In this document: piece by piece, positions 60,513-64,000 of the stretch
Layout of the letters: each line of letters starts with the position of its first letter
Position numbering within the stretch: the first letter of the stretch is position 1
NCBI GenBank assembly: GCA_038746745.1
Contig: JBCDKJ010000016.1
Coordinates: forward strand, 196-64,195
DNA: 64,000 nt
Direction of reading: 5' to 3'
Source: Pseudomonadota bacterium
GTDB taxonomy: Bacteria; Pseudomonadota; Gammaproteobacteria; Pseudomonadales; Halieaceae
Translations under genes and position numbers: made by a program
The notes under the pieces: generated by a model
What the model saw: the letters and a program-made list of their open reading frames with translations, nothing else
Databases searched by the model: none
What the model was told of the DNA's origin: nothing

Positions 60513-61967
60513 ATGCGCCAGTACCAGGTCGTTATACTCGGTGCCGGTGTGTCCGGTATCTGTATGGGCATCCGGCTGAAAGCCAAGGGTATTCAAGACT
60601 TCCTGATTCTGGAGCAGTCTGAGCGCCCGGGTGGCACCTGGCAGGACAACCATTACCCCGGCGCTTGCTGTGACATTGCCTCACACCTGTACAGCTTCTC
60701 GTTTGAGCCCCGCCCCGACTGGTCTCGGGTCTATGCGCCGCAGGTGGAGATTCGCGACTATCTCGATCACTGTGTATCCCGGTATGAATTACAGGCCCAG
60801 CTGCAGTGTAACGCTCGATTGGAAAGCGCTGCCTTCGATGAGGCAGCAGGCCGCTGGATACTGGAGCTCGCCGACGGGGAGCAGCTTGCCGCACGCTGCT
60901 TTGTCACCGCGGTAGGGCAGCTGAATACCCCGTATGTTCCCGTGATCGCTGGTGCGGACAGCTTCGAAGGAGCGAGCTTTCATTCGGCACGCTGGGATCA
61001 CAGTGAGGCGCTGGAAGGCCGGCGCGTAGCCGTGATTGGCAATGCTGCCAGTGCCATTCAGTTCATACCCAGGGTCGCGGCGGTCGCGGAGCAAGTGTAT
61101 GTGTATCAGCGCAGCGCTAACTTTATCCTGCCCAGAAAGGACCGCGCCTACTCCGCCAAAGATAGAGCGGCGTATGCACGGCGCCCCTGGCGGCTCAAAC
61201 TGTCGCGGCTGTACTGGTTCTTGCGCCAGGAGCTGCTGCTGTTCGGTGGGATGTTCCAGGAGTCTCTGCGCCACAAGCTGATGCGTCGAGCGGCGCGATT
61301 GCACCTTGAAAACAGTGTGAGCGATCCTGCCCTGCGGCGTGCGCTTAGTCCGGACTACCCCATGGGCTGCAAGCGCATTCTGGTGTCCGATGACTATTAC
61401 CCGACATTGCTGCGCGATAACGTGGAACTCGTCACCGCGCCGATCTCGGGCATGAATGCCGAGGGCGTCGTCACCGACGGCGCTGCCCGCGAAGTGGATG
61501 TCGTCATCTATGCCACAGGCTTTCATGCGACCGAGTTTCTCAGCACTTTCAAACTGTCCGGCCGAGGTGGAAAAGCACTCGCTGATCTGTGGCGCGATGG
61601 CGCCTGGGCCCATCGCGGTGTCAGTCTGCCGGGATTCCCCAATCTTTTTATGCTGTACGGGCCGAATACCAACCTTGGACATAACTCCATCATTTATATG
61701 GTTGAGGGTCAGGTGAATTATGTACTGGGCTGTATCGATAAAATGCTGGCGCACCAGCTGCGCTCGCTTGAGGTCAATGCCGACGTCGCGCTTGAGCACG
61801 ATGACACTCTGCAGCGTGCGCTCGCTAAAACTGTTTGGGCCGGCGAATGCGGAAGCTGGTATGAAAACGCCAGTGGGCGCATCACTAACAACTGGCCGCA
61901 CAGCGCCCTGCGCTTTCGCTGGGCCATTCACGCGCCAGACTTCGCTGACTTCGATATGACGGTGTAG
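60513..61967 (+). CDS. Flavin-dependent (Baeyer-Villiger/FMO-type) monooxygenase
   Basis: FAD fold VVILGAGVSGI, the motif GGTWQDNHYPGACCD, and a second Rossmann fold VAVIGNAASA. Start taken at MRQYQ. Confidence 0.88.
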   Translation: MRQYQVVILGAGVSGICMGIRLKAKGIQDFLILEQSERPGGTWQDNHYPGACCDIASHLYSFSFEPRPDWSRVYAPQVEIRDYLDHCVSRYELQAQLQCNARLESAAFDEAAGRWILELADGEQLAARCFVTAVGQLNTPYVPVIAGADSFEGASFHSARWDHSEALEGRRVAVIGNAASAIQFIPRVAAVAEQVYVYQRSANFILPRKDRAYSAKDRAAYARRPWRLKLSRLYWFLRQELLLFGGMFQESLRHKLMRRAARLHLENSVSDPALRRALSPDYPMGCKRILVSDDYYPTLLRDNVELVTAPISGMNAEGVVTDGAAREVDVVIYATGFHATEFLSTFKLSGRGGKALADLWRDGAWAHRGVSLPGFPNLFMLYGPNTNLGHNSIIYMVEGQVNYVLGCIDKMLAHQLRSLEVNADVALEHDDTLQRALAKTVWAGECGSWYENASGRITNNWPHSALRFRWAIHAPDFADFDMTV

Positions 61968-61979
61968 GGCCCCTAGCGC

Positions 61980-62570
61980 ATGTCCGCACATTTTTCCCAG
62001 GCCTGCGAAAACAACAAACGCCCTATACTCGCTGTGCTGGAGCGCGTGCTGGAAGGTGTCGACGGCGTATTGGAATTGGGCAGCGGCACTGGACAGCATG
62101 CGCGGTTCTTTGCTGAATCCATGCCCGCACTGATCTGGCAACCGTCTGATCTTGCCCACAATCACCAGGGAATCAATGCCTGGCGCGAAGACTATTCTGG
62201 CAAAAACCTGCCCGCCCCTCTGAACATAGACGTCACTGACCAGGATTGGGGTTTGCCACTGCCTGGCGCCATTTTTACGGCCAACAGCTTGCACATAATG
62301 CCGTGGTCTTCGGTCGAGGCTCTGTTTGTTTACCTGGCGGCGCATGCTGTTACAAACAGCATGCTGTTGGTATACGGACCCTTTAACTACGATGGTCAGT
62401 ACAGCAGTGACAGCAACGCTCGCTTCGATGAATGGCTAGCCATGGAGCATCCTGGAGGCGGTATTCGCGACTTCGAGGCGGTGGATGCGCTGGCAGCTGC
62501 GGCAGGTTATAGGCTGGCAGAAGATAACCCTATGCCCGCTAATAACCGGTTGCTGGTATGGCAGCGATAA
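61980..62570 (+). CDS. DUF938 family class I methyltransferase-like protein
   Basis: ACENNKRPILAVL...VLELGSGTGQHARFFA is typical of DUF938. Confidence 0.8.
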   Translation: MSAHFSQACENNKRPILAVLERVLEGVDGVLELGSGTGQHARFFAESMPALIWQPSDLAHNHQGINAWREDYSGKNLPAPLNIDVTDQDWGLPLPGAIFTANSLHIMPWSSVEALFVYLAAHAVTNSMLLVYGPFNYDGQYSSDSNARFDEWLAMEHPGGGIRDFEAVDALAAAAGYRLAEDNPMPANNRLLVWQR

Positions 62571-62664
62571 TACTGCGGTGCTGGCGGCGCACTGCTACTC
62601 TTGCGCTGTACCCGCGGCGCATTAACGCCGCCTATCAACTCAGACGCCAGGAACCGCAATACTT

Positions 62665-64000
62665 ATGCCTACCTCGATTGTTTCATTACCGCTGCTGCGC
62701 ATAGTGCCTTCACTGTGGAGGGGACTCCTGCTCGTTACTGCGATGGCGTTGTCGTCTGTGCAGGCAGTGTCTTCAGAATCAATCGACACTCAGAAGCTGT
62801 ATGCCAAGCTGGATTCGCAGTTTTCTGAAACCCGCCTCGATATGCGCGCTCCAGGTCTAGTCTACGGTGTGGTAGTTGATGGCGAATTGATGCACCTGGG
62901 CGCTTTCGGCGTGCGCAGGCTTGAATCTGCAGAAGCGGTAACGGACAAAACTGCTTTTCGTATCGCATCCATGACCAAGATGATGACCGCACTCCTCATA
63001 GGCGACCTCCACGACCAGGGTAAGCTCTCCCTTGACGCGCCCGCAGAGACCTATTTGCCGGCACTGAAATCCTGGCGCTATCCGACCACAGATTCCCGTA
63101 AGGTCACGGTGCGGGACTTTCTGAATCACACGGCGGGCTTCGTTTGGGATGACCCCTGGGCTGACCGCCAGATGGCGCGCAGCCAAAAAGAACTGGATTC
63201 CTTCCTGGCACGAGCGCAGCCGTTCACGGATGCACCCGGGGCGCAATGGGAGTATTCCAATCTTGGCTACGTGCTGCTTGGCCGCATCATAGAGAACCTT
63301 AGCGGGCAAACTTTCGCTGAGCGGTTGCAGCAGCGAATACTGGACCCTCTTGAGATGTCGGATAGTGGGTTGGAGGTCAATGACATCTCCGCAGAGACGC
63401 GTGCCTACGGTTATCAATGGATAGACGGTGAGTTCGTGCCAGAACCGGTACTGGGCTCTGGCGCCTTTGATCCGCTGGGGGGTGTCTGGACCACCGGTGA
63501 GGACTACGCGAAGTTTATCGGCTGGTTTTTGTCTGCCTGGCCAGCGCGTGATGATCCTGATCCAGGCCTGATTCCGCGCCGCGTGGTCCGGGCTGTTACC
63601 GATGGGGCTTACGTGCTGGGTCCGTCCCGCCCGCCTGGCCTTAATGGCGAGAACGACTGCACGGTGTCTACAGGCTATGGTCGGGGCTTATCCATCGTCC
63701 GGCACTGCGATGCAGGGCTGATGCTGCGCCATAGCGGCGGATTTCCCGGCTTTGGAACTCACGTCATTATGATGCCCGAGCTGGGCATCGGTGTGTTTGG
63801 CTTCGCCAATCGCACCTATACAAGAATGTCTGGTCCCGTTTTCGACGCCGCCGTAACGCTGGTGAGATCTGGCATCGGGAAGAGACCGGATGCGCCAGCA
63901 CCCGACTCGCGGTTACTTGCCGCCTATCAGGGCTTGGGCGAGGCTTATGCCGCGGGAGCAATGGACGACACCGACCTGGAGTTCGAAGACAATTTTTTTC
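62665..64000 (+). CDS. Serine hydrolase (beta-lactamase family), 3'-truncated by the window edge; not in the ORF track
   Basis: My own translation from ATG 62665 stays open to 64000. It has a signal peptide (LLLVTAMALSSVQA), the SxxK motif IASMTKMMTA, and HSGGFPGF (the KTG-box equivalent). Confidence 0.85.
   Translation, partial: MPTSIVSLPLLRIVPSLWRGLLLVTAMALSSVQAVSSESIDTQKLYAKLDSQFSETRLDMRAPGLVYGVVVDGELMHLGAFGVRRLESAEAVTDKTAFRIASMTKMMTALLIGDLHDQGKLSLDAPAETYLPALKSWRYPTTDSRKVTVRDFLNHTAGFVWDDPWADRQMARSQKELDSFLARAQPFTDAPGAQWEYSNLGYVLLGRIIENLSGQTFAERLQQRILDPLEMSDSGLEVNDISAETRAYGYQWIDGEFVPEPVLGSGAFDPLGGVWTTGEDYAKFIGWFLSAWPARDDPDPGLIPRRVVRAVTDGAYVLGPSRPPGLNGENDCTVSTGYGRGLSIVRHCDAGLMLRHSGGFPGFGTHVIMMPELGIGVFGFANRTYTRMSGPVFDAAVTLVRSGIGKRPDAPAPDSRLLAAYQGLGEAYAAGAMDDTDLEFEDNFF

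Noticed and set aside
60789-62345. 518-aa minus-strand ORF, the longest unexplained ORF in the track.
   Set aside because: It is fully antisense to the flavin monooxygenase and DUF938 genes, which have clear family motifs. Its translation is R/Q/G/H-rich and featureless, so it is a typical GC-rich shadow ORF.

Overview
This is an origin-proximal chromosomal segment of a moderately GC-rich gammaproteobacterium. The gene order rpmH-rnpA-yidD-yidC-mnmE-mnmG-rsmG-parA-parB-atpIBEFHAGDC is the Pseudomonas-type arrangement. (1) 0-17 kb holds a candidate oriC (DnaA boxes plus an AT-rich tract) upstream of rpmH, then the housekeeping core, all on the + strand. (2) 17-25 kb is an iron-uptake locus with Fur-box-like sites: an unknown periplasmic helical protein translationally coupled to an FbpABC-like importer, an AraC regulator and a TonB-dependent receptor. 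(3) 25-29.4 kb has a TrmB-like regulator divergent from glmU-glmS, with two near-identical palindromic operators between them. (4) 29.4-52.5 kb is an accessory-looking block. It contains the zinc-independent ribosomal paralogs L31B and L36B (L36B is too short for the ORF track), two secreted hypotheticals, and a Fur-boxed FecI/FecR/TonB-transducer set followed by a membrane-anchored serine hydrolase. It also contains a GST, a Cys-repeat secreted protein, a Fur-family paralog, a HlyD/ABC/double-FtsX/TPR operon with a readable sigma-54 promoter and enhancer repeats next to an NtrC-type two-component system, and DUF3604. (5) 52.5-64 kb has a GFA protein, uvrD, a split TRAP transporter, yaaA, a flavin monooxygenase, DUF938, and a serine hydrolase that runs off the right edge and is absent from the ORF track. 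I saw no rRNA, tRNA, CRISPR array, transposase, integrase or recognisable defence genes. The best novelty candidates are the sigma-54-wired exporter module, the unknown lead gene of the iron ABC operon, the shared motif upstream of the two Zn-independent ribosomal paralogs, and the hydrolase attached to the cell-surface-signalling locus. All functional assignments come from by-eye motif and family recognition. No searches were run.
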